From the IMG/VR virus record IMGVR_UViG_3300031555_002904: DNA of 43,006 nt; one strand, 5' to 3'. This DNA comes from a virus (taxonomy: Duplodnaviria; Heunggongvirae; Uroviricota; Caudoviricetes). Both the position numbers and the translations under genes were made by a program. Positions 28,917-37,969 of the stretch are shown here, one piece after another (positions within the stretch are counted from its first letter, which is position 1; the number at the start of each line of letters is the position of its first letter). The notes under the pieces were generated by a model that saw nothing but the letters and a program-made list of their open reading frames with translations, had not been told where the DNA came from and did no database searches.

Positions 28917-29134
28917 TACTTCACCTTCAATTCTACTTTAATACCATTTTTAATAGTTTCAATTAATCTTTCTTTGAAACTATCAATATCAAACTTAAAT
29001 TTATCTACAATCATATCGATTTCTTGTTCATACCATTCTGGATGTTCAATTGGAGAACTTAATTCCATACCATAATCTTCTCCAATCATCCGAATAGTTC
29101 CATTTCTTAATTTGTTTTCATCTAAGATAATCAC
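28916..29134 (-). CDS. Hypothetical protein, 72 aa
   Basis: GGAGG RBS, TAA stop. Confidence 0.65.
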   Translation of the reverse strand: MIILDENKLRNGTIRMIGEDYGMELSSPIEHPEWYEQEIDMIVDKFKFDIDSFKERLIETIKNGIKVELKVK

Positions 29135-29232
29135 TTCTATACCTCCCTCCGGCCCCGCGTATAGAGGATTTAAATGGCCCGAAGGGACATTTAAAGCCTC
29201 TTACGATTGACAGTTCTCTATTTCTATTTATA

Positions 29233-29298
29233 AGGATACTATTTTTTTAACAAAGTATGTACAAAATTTTAACACTCATGCGTCTAAATTTTTAACAC
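29233..29298. repeat. Three further degenerate iteron-like units downstream of the Rep-like gene
   Basis: CTATTTTTTTAAC, GTACAAAATTTTAAC, GTCTAAATTTTTAAC. Confidence 0.65.
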
Positions 29299-29299
29299 T

Positions 29300-29914
29300 T
29301 TAATTCAACGTATTAGTTAACCAGTCTAATTGATAAATTGTTTTCACATTTTGAAAAGTGTCCGCCTCTTGTTTCATTGTAGTCAATGAATACTTAATCA
29401 GCCCCACCTTTTCTAATACATACAGGATATTCGTTACGGTATCATTATTACTTCTCGTGCTTGTGCTAATTCCAATATAACTCTTTACCTGGTCTAATGT
29501 AAACTAAAACGGACGACACTCATTAGCATAATAACAATTCAATAAATAAATATAAGTTGAAATAGAATTCTCACTTAAAGTGTCTGTAATTAACTTTAAT
29601 GTCCCATATGGAACCAAAGAAGCTAAATCAGCACTTAATTCAACTAATCTATATGTATCTTTTCCTGCTTCAACAACTAAACCCAATTCCTTTAGATTCT
29701 TAAACTTCGTTGAAACCGTCTGTCTCGATAAGTTAAACATCTCACCAAGCTTACTAAAATTTATATCTTTCTTTGAAAAATATCTAGTTCCGCTCTTCTC
29801 ATCTCTTGTTGAGATACACTGAAGATAAGCATAAAGAATATCATAATACTTTTTATTCGAACAAATATCTTTAGCCTTGGGAACCTGTCTTGAATTTGGT
29901 TGAATCTTTAACAC
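29300..29914 (-). CDS. Replication-initiator-like HTH protein, about 204 aa, one in-frame TAG (29504-29506)
   Basis: HTH-like NFSKLGEMFNLSRQTVSTKFKNLKELGLV; second helical domain only after readthrough (to TAA 29300); flanked by direct repeats; alternative GTG start 29920. Confidence 0.6.
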
Positions 29915-29979
29915 AATCACACCTCCCTTCCAACTATTCTTAAGAAAAGTTGTTAACCATTTAACAAGTTTTACCCACG

Positions 29980-30130
29980 ATATAGAAGTCTAAATTTTTA
30001 ACATTTTATATAGATGTACAAAATTTTAACACATTTTTTTAACAAATATATAGATGTCTATTTTTTTAACCAAATACATAGAAGTCTAATTTTTTAACAA
30101 AAATATAGCTGTCTAATTTTTTAACATTTT
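29980..30130. repeat. Five iteron-like direct repeats of about 27-28 bp (candidate origin)
   Basis: Units at about 29980, 30008, 30048, 30076, 30103, consensus ATATAGA(A/T)GTCTAA(A/T)TTTTTAAC. Confidence 0.8.
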
Positions 30131-30409
30131 TCATTTAAAGTTTGCGGCCGGGAGGCTCCAAAGCGCTTTTATGTCAGCTAAACCAATCTCTCGTCTCTGG
30201 ACCCCTAGACACTACGATTCTCCAAACCGCAACTATTTATTTGCTAATTGATTTTATAAAAAATTTATGATATAATATATATGTAAAGTAAAGAAAGAGA
30301 TAAAGATAAAAGATGAAAGATTGCTGACGGACTCCGTAAAAATCGTTTCCCGTCATTTTCTCTCGTCGAAAGAAAAAGGCTGAAAAAATCGACTTTGGAG
30401 GTAAACTAT

Positions 30410-30700
30410 ATGGCTATCGGTTCTGCGGGTTTCACCCCTTCCGCCATTGAAGATGGCATCTACAACTTAATTGACCGTGCGGATTTCATCGTGTCCTCCA
30501 AGGAGTACACCGAGAAGTGTATGCGGGCCGTGGAGTCCTTCCTCCTGTCCTGCCGCGTCAAGTGGAACTGCATCTGGGATTCTTATCCTGATGAAAGCGG
30601 TGCATCCGTATCTTTCGCTTGGATTGAATGCGGCGAGCTCCATCATATCGTACTGAATGTGCGATATGATGCTTTCTGTCCGAAGGAGGATGAAGAATGA
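30410..30700 (+). CDS. Hypothetical protein, 96 aa
   Basis: GGAGG RBS before ATG 30410; first gene of class II operon. Confidence 0.7.
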   Translation: MAIGSAGFTPSAIEDGIYNLIDRADFIVSSKEYTEKCMRAVESFLLSCRVKWNCIWDSYPDESGASVSFAWIECGELHHIVLNVRYDAFCPKEDEE

Positions 30701-30984
30701 AAACAATGAGAATTGGCTCCTCAATCATTCATCTGGACCCGATGTACGATATCAACTGTGAAGAGTGTGATGAGGGTACAATCGTGCGTATTGATTATGC
30801 TCACGCCGAAAAAGAATATCTCGTACCTGGCTTTTTCGTACCGGAAATCGTGGCAGCCGCAATCCAAAGAGGTATGAACGGCGAAGGTGGAAGCCTTGAT
30901 AACTTCGACTTAATGGCAAAACTGCGGGCGCTGGACCGCATATATGGAGGTATCAGAGTAGATGAAACTCGAAACGAAGCATGA
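30697..30984 (+). CDS. Hypothetical protein, 95 aa
   Basis: ATGA overlap, GGAGG RBS. Confidence 0.7.
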   Translation: MKTMRIGSSIIHLDPMYDINCEECDEGTIVRIDYAHAEKEYLVPGFFVPEIVAAAIQRGMNGEGGSLDNFDLMAKLRALDRIYGGIRVDETRNEA

Positions 30985-31429
30985 TGTAATCATTAACTTC
31001 ATCGAGCAGTTCCAGAAGTTCGGGCCGCAAGTCGTAGACTGTTTTTCCAACGGAATGTGTTATCAGTTTATGACTATCCTGCGTAAGCGTTTCGGTCCAT
31101 TCTGCACAACTCCCGTTTACGATGAAGTCATAAACCACTTTGCAACCGAAATTGACGGTCGTATCTACGATATTACTGGTGATATCACCGACGACCCGCA
31201 ATACCATTGGAAACGATGGACTATCGTGATTGCGGAAGACTATAAACACGCCAATAGAATTTGCCGCGATTGTGCTGATAAGGTACCCAGTGATACACTC
31301 ATCTGTAAATATTGTGACAATTCTTTTTACGATGAAGTTTTGAATACGTATCTGTGCGGCCTGGACAATGAGCCGGTTGACCTGGATACCCCCTGTACGA
31401 AAGGAGTAGAGCGTGATGCAGGACTTTAA
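30962..31429 (+). CDS. Hypothetical protein, 155 aa
   Basis: GGAGG RBS; G.CY.F...H....I.G..YDI.G pattern seen in phage proteins; Cys-rich tail. Confidence 0.7.
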   Translation: MKLETKHDVIINFIEQFQKFGPQVVDCFSNGMCYQFMTILRKRFGPFCTTPVYDEVINHFATEIDGRIYDITGDITDDPQYHWKRWTIVIAEDYKHANRICRDCADKVPSDTLICKYCDNSFYDEVLNTYLCGLDNEPVDLDTPCTKGVERDAGL

Positions 31430-31658
31430 TTTTATTTGTATGTTCCGTGTTCTCGTCGTTGACGATGTAGCCAACCAGGATAAAGTTGAACACGGTTTTT
31501 GTTTCGCCAATGATTTTACCAGTGCGGTCCAGTATCTGGAGCAGCATCTGTACGGTGATAACCTGTTGGAAATCCAGCATATGGAACTCTTTGATGCGTG
31601 CCCTATCGTTTCCTTCGAAGTGTGGGAAAAGATTAAGACTTGCTTGGAGGAAGCATAA
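31413..31658 (+). CDS. Hypothetical protein, about 80 aa
   Basis: AAGGAG RBS, operon chain. Confidence 0.65.
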   Translation: MMQDFNFICMFRVLVVDDVANQDKVEHGFCFANDFTSAVQYLEQHLYGDNLLEIQHMELFDACPIVSFEVWEKIKTCLEEA

Positions 31659-32011
31659 TGGATTTCGGAACTTTTGTTGGCGTAGGTTATATTCTCTCTG
31701 AGAGAGAAAGACAAGAGTTAATGGGCCATCTCGAAGACACTAATCCTCAGCGCTATAACGAAATTATGGACGAAATGTTCTGCTACGATATGGACGAGAA
31801 ATGGTTCTTCGGTGAGATGGTCTATGAACTCGACGGTTGGGGCGATGCCAAAAGCCTCGAAACTCTGGCGACTTTGCCTGTTTTACAGGACGACGGCACA
31901 TTTGGTGCCAAGTATGGTGCAATGTTGGTTGACTGCGGCATTAGCATTGAAGAAATCAATACTAAGTGGGGTCATCCAAACATCTATATCGTAACATATT
32001 GTTACTGCTAA
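31658..32011 (+). CDS. Hypothetical protein, 117 aa
   Basis: TAATG coupling, GGAGG RBS. Confidence 0.7.
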   Translation: MDFGTFVGVGYILSERERQELMGHLEDTNPQRYNEIMDEMFCYDMDEKWFFGEMVYELDGWGDAKSLETLATLPVLQDDGTFGAKYGAMLVDCGISIEEINTKWGHPNIYIVTYCYC

Positions 32012-32020
32012 GGAGAAAAT

Positions 32021-32482
32021 ATGGAACGAAAATGCGGCGACTGCGCCCTCAAGGCGCTAAAAAATGGGATGTGCCCGGTCTTTAATGCGAATATGGAGGA
32101 CGAAAGCGGTTGTCCGTATTTTACCACAGAACTCAAAATTTGTGAGATTTGTGGTAATCTCATTCTCAGCAATAGCTACCTCCAAGAGGAAAATGGAGTA
32201 TTCCATCTTTTCTGCCACAATTGCGCGACCGGCCACCCTTGCAAAACTTGCAAGGAAGTAATCCAATGTCGGTTCAATACCGACGAAACCTGCCAGGAGC
32301 CAGCGTATGTGATGGTTCAGCAACGCCAAGGCAATATGGTAGTACAGCAACAAATTCAGAACCCCAAGCGCGTTGAAGCCACCTGCGCGCAAGGTTGCCC
32401 ATGTTATCACGTAGAACATGGTTGTATGCGTGAATATGGGTGTGGCTGCCAAAATCTTAAAATAAATTGGAGGAACAAGTAA
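32021..32482 (+). CDS. Cys-rich hypothetical protein, 153 aa
   Basis: AAGGAG RBS; multiple CxxC. Confidence 0.7.
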   Translation: MERKCGDCALKALKNGMCPVFNANMEDESGCPYFTTELKICEICGNLILSNSYLQEENGVFHLFCHNCATGHPCKTCKEVIQCRFNTDETCQEPAYVMVQQRQGNMVVQQQIQNPKRVEATCAQGCPCYHVEHGCMREYGCGCQNLKINWRNK

Positions 32483-32907
32483 TGATTGTCTGGATTCTGC
32501 TCATTGCCCTCATTATAACCGCTGCAGCCATTTTGCTGGGTGGCGTGTTTGGGCGTCTCAAGACCAAGGCCTACCGTAAAACCATTTATGTCGGCGTAGC
32601 TATCTGCGCAGCCCTCATCACTTTCTGCATGGTACTCGGCGGTATCTACCACAATGAAGTAAGTAACCTGCAGGCACAGTATGATGACATTATGCTGTAC
32701 CATGAAGTCGTAAGTAATTGCGACAATGAGCAGGTGCGCTTCGGCCACTACGAGAAGATTGAAGACTTTAATGCTGAGTATGACAGATTGGCTGTTGTAC
32801 AGGAAGACTTTATGTTCGGCACTCTCTTCCCCAAGAACTGGTCTGAGAACATGGGTCCTATTGAGTTCTACTTCCGCGGTGTAAGTTATGAGCCAGTCTA
32901 CGACTAA
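32482..32907 (+). CDS. Two-TM membrane protein, 141 aa
   Basis: TAATG coupling, GGAGG RBS, two hydrophobic segments. Confidence 0.7.
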   Translation: MIVWILLIALIITAAAILLGGVFGRLKTKAYRKTIYVGVAICAALITFCMVLGGIYHNEVSNLQAQYDDIMLYHEVVSNCDNEQVRFGHYEKIEDFNAEYDRLAVVQEDFMFGTLFPKNWSENMGPIEFYFRGVSYEPVYD

Positions 32908-33241
32908 AATCTATGTCGACCGAGACGAGTTTATGAGTCAAATGCTCAAATGTCTCGGGAGTGAAGAATGGAAGAAAGCCCTTGAATGTACGGAGGCTCA
33001 TGCGGCCTCCGCACAATGGGGAATGGCTTTCTGTGCAAACTATGCGGCGGTCCATACGCCGTATATGACCATGCAAGACCACAAGGACACCTATCCTTGT
33101 AACTACTGCGGCAGCTGTCCCGTTTGGCTAACCGCATTTGAACCAGATACTGGTTTAGATACTCTTGAAAAAGTGATAATCGAGTGTGTGCGGCGAGACT
33201 GCCACCTCGTAGGAAGGAAGGTAGAAAATGCCGAAGTTTAA
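32888..33241 (+). CDS. Hypothetical protein, 117 aa
   Basis: Operon chain, overlaps both neighbours. Confidence 0.65.
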   Translation: MSQSTTKIYVDRDEFMSQMLKCLGSEEWKKALECTEAHAASAQWGMAFCANYAAVHTPYMTMQDHKDTYPCNYCGSCPVWLTAFEPDTGLDTLEKVIIECVRRDCHLVGRKVENAEV

Positions 33242-33599
33242 AATTTATGCCGGCTTGTCTGGTGGTTTTGGAGGCTCACACTTCTGTGAAGTCTATGAGT
33301 GCGGCAGCCAGGCTGAAGCTGAAACATATGCTCGCGAGGTTGCCATTGAGGAATATGAGTCTTACGGTGGTTACCACGGACTCTATACCTGGGATTCTAT
33401 GCGTCAAACCATTGCCGACGATGAATACGATGGAGATATCGAACAGGTTGACCCCGAAGATGTCGACATCGCATTAACCGAGGAAATCGAAGGTTGGATT
33501 ACTTATCACGTAGTCCCCGTAGCCGACGACTTCCCCGATGATTACGACGGTTATGATGATGATTATGACGACGATGACGCAGATTGCTACTGCGAATAA
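33228..33599 (+). CDS. Acidic hypothetical protein, 123 aa
   Basis: AGGAAGG RBS; Asp-rich tail. Confidence 0.7.
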   Translation: MPKFKIYAGLSGGFGGSHFCEVYECGSQAEAETYAREVAIEEYESYGGYHGLYTWDSMRQTIADDEYDGDIEQVDPEDVDIALTEEIEGWITYHVVPVADDFPDDYDGYDDDYDDDDADCYCE

Positions 33600-34156
33600 G
33601 GAATTAAATTACAGCCGATAACATTCCCGGCTGTTGTAAATAAAAGAGCCGCGGATGCTGGGAGTAATATCTTGGTGTCCGCGGCTAAAAACATATATGC
33701 CATATCCGCGACACAATGGTTTGCGCCCAAGAGTATGAACGATGCAACAGAAAGAATCGTAACATATGGCGCCGTTGGATACTGTTTCACTCCGATATAC
33801 ATAAGAATACCACAGAATACACCGAGAATAATATTTTCAAACCACAAATTGGAAATTCTTGTCAGAGTGATTGCGGCTGCCCCTGTTGTGAGAGATGCCC
33901 CCAGTGGAGTTGCCAAAAGCAAGAGTGAGCATAACGCACAGCCAATTAGGTTGCCAATCCATATCGTGGCGAGAGACAAAGGTTTAATCTGGCGCTGCGC
34001 TAGCAGACCGGCTTTGCCGGTAAATAAATTGAATTGGAAAAATAAGATTGTCAACAGACCAATAGAGAACATGAAAGCACCCAACGCTCCACCTACGATT
34101 AAGTAAATGGCTGCGGCGAGAGTAATCATAAAGCCGGCCATGATAGACTTTATCAT
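33587..34156 (-). CDS. Formate/nitrite transporter (FNT) family channel, 189 aa (ends TAG; TAA at 33563-33565 if read through)
   Basis: AG..I..A, GL..I.....LFTG, GN.IG, CG.LM, F...G..HCVADM, GN.IG pattern; own class II promoter. Confidence 0.8.
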   Translation of the reverse strand: MIKSIMAGFMITLAAAIYLIVGGALGAFMFSIGLLTILFFQFNLFTGKAGLLAQRQIKPLSLATIWIGNLIGCALCSLLLLATPLGASLTTGAAAITLTRISNLWFENIILGVFCGILMYIGVKQYPTAPYVTILSVASFILLGANHCVADMAYMFLAADTKILLPASAALLFTTAGNVIGCNLIPYSQ

Positions 34157-34430
34157 ATTTCTTCCCTCCTTTATACTTTCTTACTTTTATTATACCAAAA
34201 TTTTAAACCAAAATCAACTGTCGGATGCGTGCGGTTGAGGGCAAGCTCCATAGCATATAAAAATTAAGATGTGTCCGGGAGCCGTTCATTAAAACTGTCC
34301 GCGTGCCGTTCACTGGAAAAGTCGTACGGTTGGTCGCATCCATCCGTTGATTTTCTGAAAAAATTTTTGTATAATAATAATACAGGGTGAGGCCAAACCG
34401 AAAAACAATTTTAATAAAGGAGTATTTTAA

Positions 34431-34658
34431 ATGGAGAATATTATTAATGTAAATGCGCTGAGAAAAGCGCTTGCTAGCGGCATGAGTTCTGCAACTATTC
34501 ATGACTGGGTGGATGACACTATTGTTGCAATGGGATATTTTAATCAACATTATAGCGATAATTATGTCGCAGTATCAAAAGAAAATATTGAAAAGGTTCA
34601 AAGAGAATTGGACCGATTAGAATGTAAAGTCTGCCAAATGTATTTTAAATATATGTAA
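34431..34658 (+). CDS. Hypothetical protein, 75 aa
   Basis: AAGGAG RBS; terminator 34662-34692. Confidence 0.7.
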   Translation: MENIINVNALRKALASGMSSATIHDWVDDTIVAMGYFNQHYSDNYVAVSKENIEKVQRELDRLECKVCQMYFKYM

Positions 34659-34759
34659 AAAAATAGACCCTCTGGTTTTCAGAGGGTCTATTGATTTTTA
34701 TAAAAAAATATGATATAATATTTATAGAAAGTAAAGGATAAGAAAAGTTCAGAAAGGAA

Positions 34760-35077
34760 TTGATATATATGGAAAATTTGAGAATTCTGGGTCTTGATGA
34801 TGATAATCACTCTCCTTGCTTCCGCTGTGAGGATGGTACTGTGTTTAGTACCTGTAAGGAGCTGGTAGACTTCCTGTCTAAGCCTCACGATTGCCAGGTT
34901 GAAGTTAAGATGTTTGCCATCGTTGATGAATGGGAAGGCGGTCTGGCAGATTTTGAAGAGGAAGAAGTCAATTCTATGTTTGACTATATGACTGGTTATG
35001 GTCGTCTTCCCGAAAATATGATTGGCGATTTGATTTTTGAACTGTTTTGGAATTCTGCCAATCGTCTGTGGTGGTAA
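34760..35077 (+). CDS. Hypothetical acidic protein, about 102-105 aa
   Basis: Promoter 34691; GAAAGG RBS. Confidence 0.7.
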   Translation: MIYMENLRILGLDDDNHSPCFRCEDGTVFSTCKELVDFLSKPHDCQVEVKMFAIVDEWEGGLADFEEEEVNSMFDYMTGYGRLPENMIGDLIFELFWNSANRLWW

Positions 35078-35086
35078 GGAGGAAGT

Positions 35087-35377
35087 ATGGCATATCAAAA
35101 AACTGCGAAAGACTTAGCCTGGGACAGAGAACGAGCTAAGCTACGTCACGAGGCTGAAGAGTGGCGTATGAAATATAATCAATCTCAAGCCATTATAGCT
35201 GCCCAGGAGCAGGAAATGTTGGCATATGAATGCGAAAATCAGAGTTTGCGGGAGGCCATTACTTATCTCACAGAGGGTGCGGCAACTCCCGATGAAGTTC
35301 TGGAGAAAATGAAAAAGCAATCTGAGCTGTGTGATATGATGAAATTCCTTGTAAATGGTACGAGGGGGATGTTCTAA
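35087..35377 (+). CDS. Hypothetical coiled-coil protein, 96 aa
   Basis: AGGAGG RBS. Confidence 0.7.
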   Translation: MAYQKTAKDLAWDRERAKLRHEAEEWRMKYNQSQAIIAAQEQEMLAYECENQSLREAITYLTEGAATPDEVLEKMKKQSELCDMMKFLVNGTRGMF

Positions 35378-35682
35378 TGTGGGAGACAGTCATTATCCCT
35401 ATTGTTGTGGCGAGTATTCTTTTAGGTTCATTTCTTTTCGCTAAGCATATGGATACAATTCGTATGCAGGCTTGGCTAGATAAGAAGATTATCATTGAGA
35501 AATGGATTAAATATCGCCGCATCAAAGACCAGTATGAGACTGGACATGATTTCATTATCTCCATCGAGGAATTAAACGAAGCAGAACAAGATTTGCGGAA
35601 GACTGCTAAGTGGTATAATGATAAGTACCGTTTATACGGGTATTGTTGCCCGCCAGAACTGTTGTTTGATTTGGAGGATTAA
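35377..35682 (+). CDS. Hypothetical protein with N-terminal TM, 101 aa
   Basis: TAATG coupling. Confidence 0.7.
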   Translation: MWETVIIPIVVASILLGSFLFAKHMDTIRMQAWLDKKIIIEKWIKYRRIKDQYETGHDFIISIEELNEAEQDLRKTAKWYNDKYRLYGYCCPPELLFDLED

Positions 35683-35683
35683 A

Positions 35684-35989
35684 ATGAAACGAATAATTGA
35701 TAGACCTCAGATGTCTGACATGGGCAGCGGTTTTGGTCATATCGAAATTGAACAAAATGCTGTTACGCTCGAAGAGGCTCTGAAGTGGCTTCGGGAAAAT
35801 CAAAAAACTTGGGGAACAGTAACCATTTATCGTGGCTCTGATAATATTGTGCGTTGTTTTGATTACGACCTATATAATAATAACATCTTTTATCATCACT
35901 TAAATGGTTGGCAATATGGATATATTGTCAAAAAGATAGAGTTTAATTACTGTTTTATGGGTGAAGATATTGATATTTATGTGAAGTAA
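35684..35989 (+). CDS. Hypothetical protein, 101 aa
   Basis: GGAGG RBS before ATG 35684. Confidence 0.7.
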   Translation: MKRIIDRPQMSDMGSGFGHIEIEQNAVTLEEALKWLRENQKTWGTVTIYRGSDNIVRCFDYDLYNNNIFYHHLNGWQYGYIVKKIEFNYCFMGEDIDIYVK

Positions 35990-35999
35990 GGAGGTTTCT

Positions 36000-36320
36000 A
36001 TGGTAATTGCAAAATGGTCTGGCGAATACCCTTGCCGTTGCTCTGGTGAGTGGTCACTCTTCATCGGAGGAGTGAATTATTCCCATATGATTCCAGAAGA
36101 CCTGCGAACTTCTCATATGAACACTGCCGGCACTTATGAAGAGTGGTGGTTTGATGACGATATGTGCGAACAGTTTGGAAACTACGAGGATGGTCTAGAA
36201 TTTGAGGAGTGGGTTGCGGAGAATCCCTGGGTTCATGACCTGCCGGCTTCTTTGTTCGACATTTATTTGGCGTTTCAAGCCGAGGACTTCCGTCCTGGTG
36301 AATGTGGAGGGTGTATATAA
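36000..36320 (+). CDS. Hypothetical protein, 106 aa
   Basis: AGGAGG RBS; ends CGGCI. Confidence 0.7.
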   Translation: MVIAKWSGEYPCRCSGEWSLFIGGVNYSHMIPEDLRTSHMNTAGTYEEWWFDDDMCEQFGNYEDGLEFEEWVAENPWVHDLPASLFDIYLAFQAEDFRPGECGGCI

Positions 36321-36619
36321 TGAAATATAAAACCGTTCCCTGTTTTTGGGTTGGAGATTTAGAAAATGCTCTTGAAGCTCAATATGGACCTGAATTCATC
36401 CAGGAGATTCGAGCAAAGCACAATGGTATTCGTCGTTTAATGTTTGATAATTTCTACATGAACGATGTGTGCTGCAAATATTACATTGACGAGCTTGATG
36501 AATATGAGGGTCATTCTTGGCAGGATGAAGCCCACATCCGTCTGGAAAATTGCATCAAGACTTTTCTGCGGGATATGTTTCCTGAGTACGACTATGTGGT
36601 CGTTGATGTAATGTGGTAA
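36320..36619 (+). CDS. Hypothetical protein, 99 aa
   Basis: TAATG coupling; terminator 36625-36653. Confidence 0.7.
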   Translation: MKYKTVPCFWVGDLENALEAQYGPEFIQEIRAKHNGIRRLMFDNFYMNDVCCKYYIDELDEYEGHSWQDEAHIRLENCIKTFLRDMFPEYDYVVVDVMW

Positions 36620-36709
36620 AGATAAGAAGCCTACTAGATGCTAGTAGGCTTCTTTGATTTTTATAAAAAAATATGATATAATATATATAGAAAGTGAAAG
36701 AGAAAGGAA

Positions 36710-36901
36710 ATGATAAATATGGTATGGAGTTGGCAGTATGTAGCAACTTTTGTTGAGAGAGATTTCGGTGCTTACGTGGACTGGGATGAAGAGTTCTTCG
36801 AGTGCCCCGAATGTGGCGAGCCTATTTACAAGTGTGATTATCCCTATATCAGCGTCGGTATGATTTGCCCCGTCTGTGAAGCTATGATTGAGGAGGAATA
36901 A
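36710..36901 (+). CDS. Zn-ribbon protein, about 60 aa
   Basis: CPEC..CPVC; promoter 36654. Confidence 0.7.
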   Translation: MINMVWSWQYVATFVERDFGAYVDWDEEFFECPECGEPIYKCDYPYISVGMICPVCEAMIEEE

Positions 36902-36902
36902 T

Positions 36903-37619
36903 ATGGTAGCAAAATCTTTTCAGAGTATGAAACAGTTGGGCGAGCCTTTCTGCGAAAAAGGTAAGATGTATGTAAATGTTCAGAATGAAAAGTCCGGCAC
37001 TGTTCGTAAGGTTCGTTGGTATACTGAAGCTGAGTACGCTAAAATGTATGGCGAAAAAGTAGATGCTCCTGCAAAAGTTTTCAAGACTCAGAAGCAGGTT
37101 CTCGGCTTTGAGAATGGCTATGTAACTATCTTCAAGGGTGATACATATGCTAACCTGGAATGGTTCCAGAAGTCCATCGCAAGATACTGTAAGTGGTGGG
37201 GCTGGTACATTGTATCTACTGAAGCAGTTCCTTTCGACCTGCCTGCTGGCCTTGAGCCTATTGAGCTAAAGTGGGAACTGGTTGGTGAAGAAGAAGGTTG
37301 TCTGAAGCCTGATGCAGATGTTAAGTCTGCGGTTGAGTCTATCCTGTATGACAAGGGCGATTCTACTTTCCAGGGCACTGTAGGTGAAAGACTTGACCTT
37401 GAGGTCGAAGTTATCGTTGCTCATAAGCGTGATGGCTACTATGGTGAGCAGACTATTCACTATATGGTTGATGCTGCTGGCAATCAGTATCTGTGGAGCA
37501 CTGCTTCCAAGAGTTGGGAAGTTGGCGATAAGCGTCATATTAAGGGTACTGTAAAAGACCATAAGGTCATTCGCAATGTGGAAACTACTGTCCTTACTCG
37601 CTGTTCTTTGGTGAAGTAA
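36903..37619 (+). CDS. Hypothetical protein with probable C-terminal OB fold, 238 aa
   Basis: GAGGAGG RBS; G.VGER...GTVKDH......T.LTRC pattern. Confidence 0.65.
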   Translation: MVAKSFQSMKQLGEPFCEKGKMYVNVQNEKSGTVRKVRWYTEAEYAKMYGEKVDAPAKVFKTQKQVLGFENGYVTIFKGDTYANLEWFQKSIARYCKWWGWYIVSTEAVPFDLPAGLEPIELKWELVGEEEGCLKPDADVKSAVESILYDKGDSTFQGTVGERLDLEVEVIVAHKRDGYYGEQTIHYMVDAAGNQYLWSTASKSWEVGDKRHIKGTVKDHKVIRNVETTVLTRCSLVK

Positions 37620-37724
37620 GGACAGCCAGCCACCTGGCGAAAAGAGTTCTCTTTGATTTTTATAAAAAAATATGATATAATATATATGTAAGATAAAGAA
37701 AGACATTAACAGCAATTTCAATTT

Positions 37725-37804
37725 GCCTGTCACGCCGGGGGTTGCAGGTTCGAGTCCTGCCTGGGTCGCCACATGGCCCAGTAGCTCAACTGGTTAGAGC
37801 GACG
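37725..37804 (+). tRNA. Circularly permuted tRNA-Asp(GUC): 3' half 37725-37771, linker CAT, 5' half 37775-37804
   Basis: Joining 37804 to 37725 gives a 77-nt cloverleaf: acceptor GGCCCAG/CTGGGTC, D arm GCTC-AACTGGTTA-GAGC, anticodon loop CT-GTC-AC, T arm GCAGG-TTCGAGT-CCTGC, discriminator G, CCA. Confidence 0.8.
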
Positions 37805-37825
37805 TTATGTAATATGTCTTGTATC

Positions 37826-37930
37826 TTGACCGACAGCAGATGGAGTCGTAAAACTGGCTAGTGAGGTTGTGGGCAGGTAATCCAAAATGACAAAACCTAT
37901 CCCCCTGGGAGTTTGCGGTCTCGCCAGAAT
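37826..37930 (+). ncRNA. Putative structured RNA downstream of the permuted tRNA (unassigned)
   Basis: GACCG/CGGTC, GCAGA/TTTGC and CTGGC/GCCAG pairings; no RBS-led ORF until 37970. Confidence 0.4.
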
Positions 37931-37969
37931 AATATCCAAAACCGCATCACATTTGAAAGGATTGATACT

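Noticed and set aside
34225-34260. Fluoride-riboswitch-like string on the minus strand upstream of FNT
   Set aside because: The 3' GATGAC.CC part is missing and the segment lies upstream of the gene's promoter.
37725-37804. Ordinary tRNA, or two chance remnants of different tRNAs
   Set aside because: Native order cannot form a cloverleaf with free ends; the halves match in the acceptor and anticodon stems and sum to exactly 77 nt. Remnant origin is unlikely but not formally excluded.
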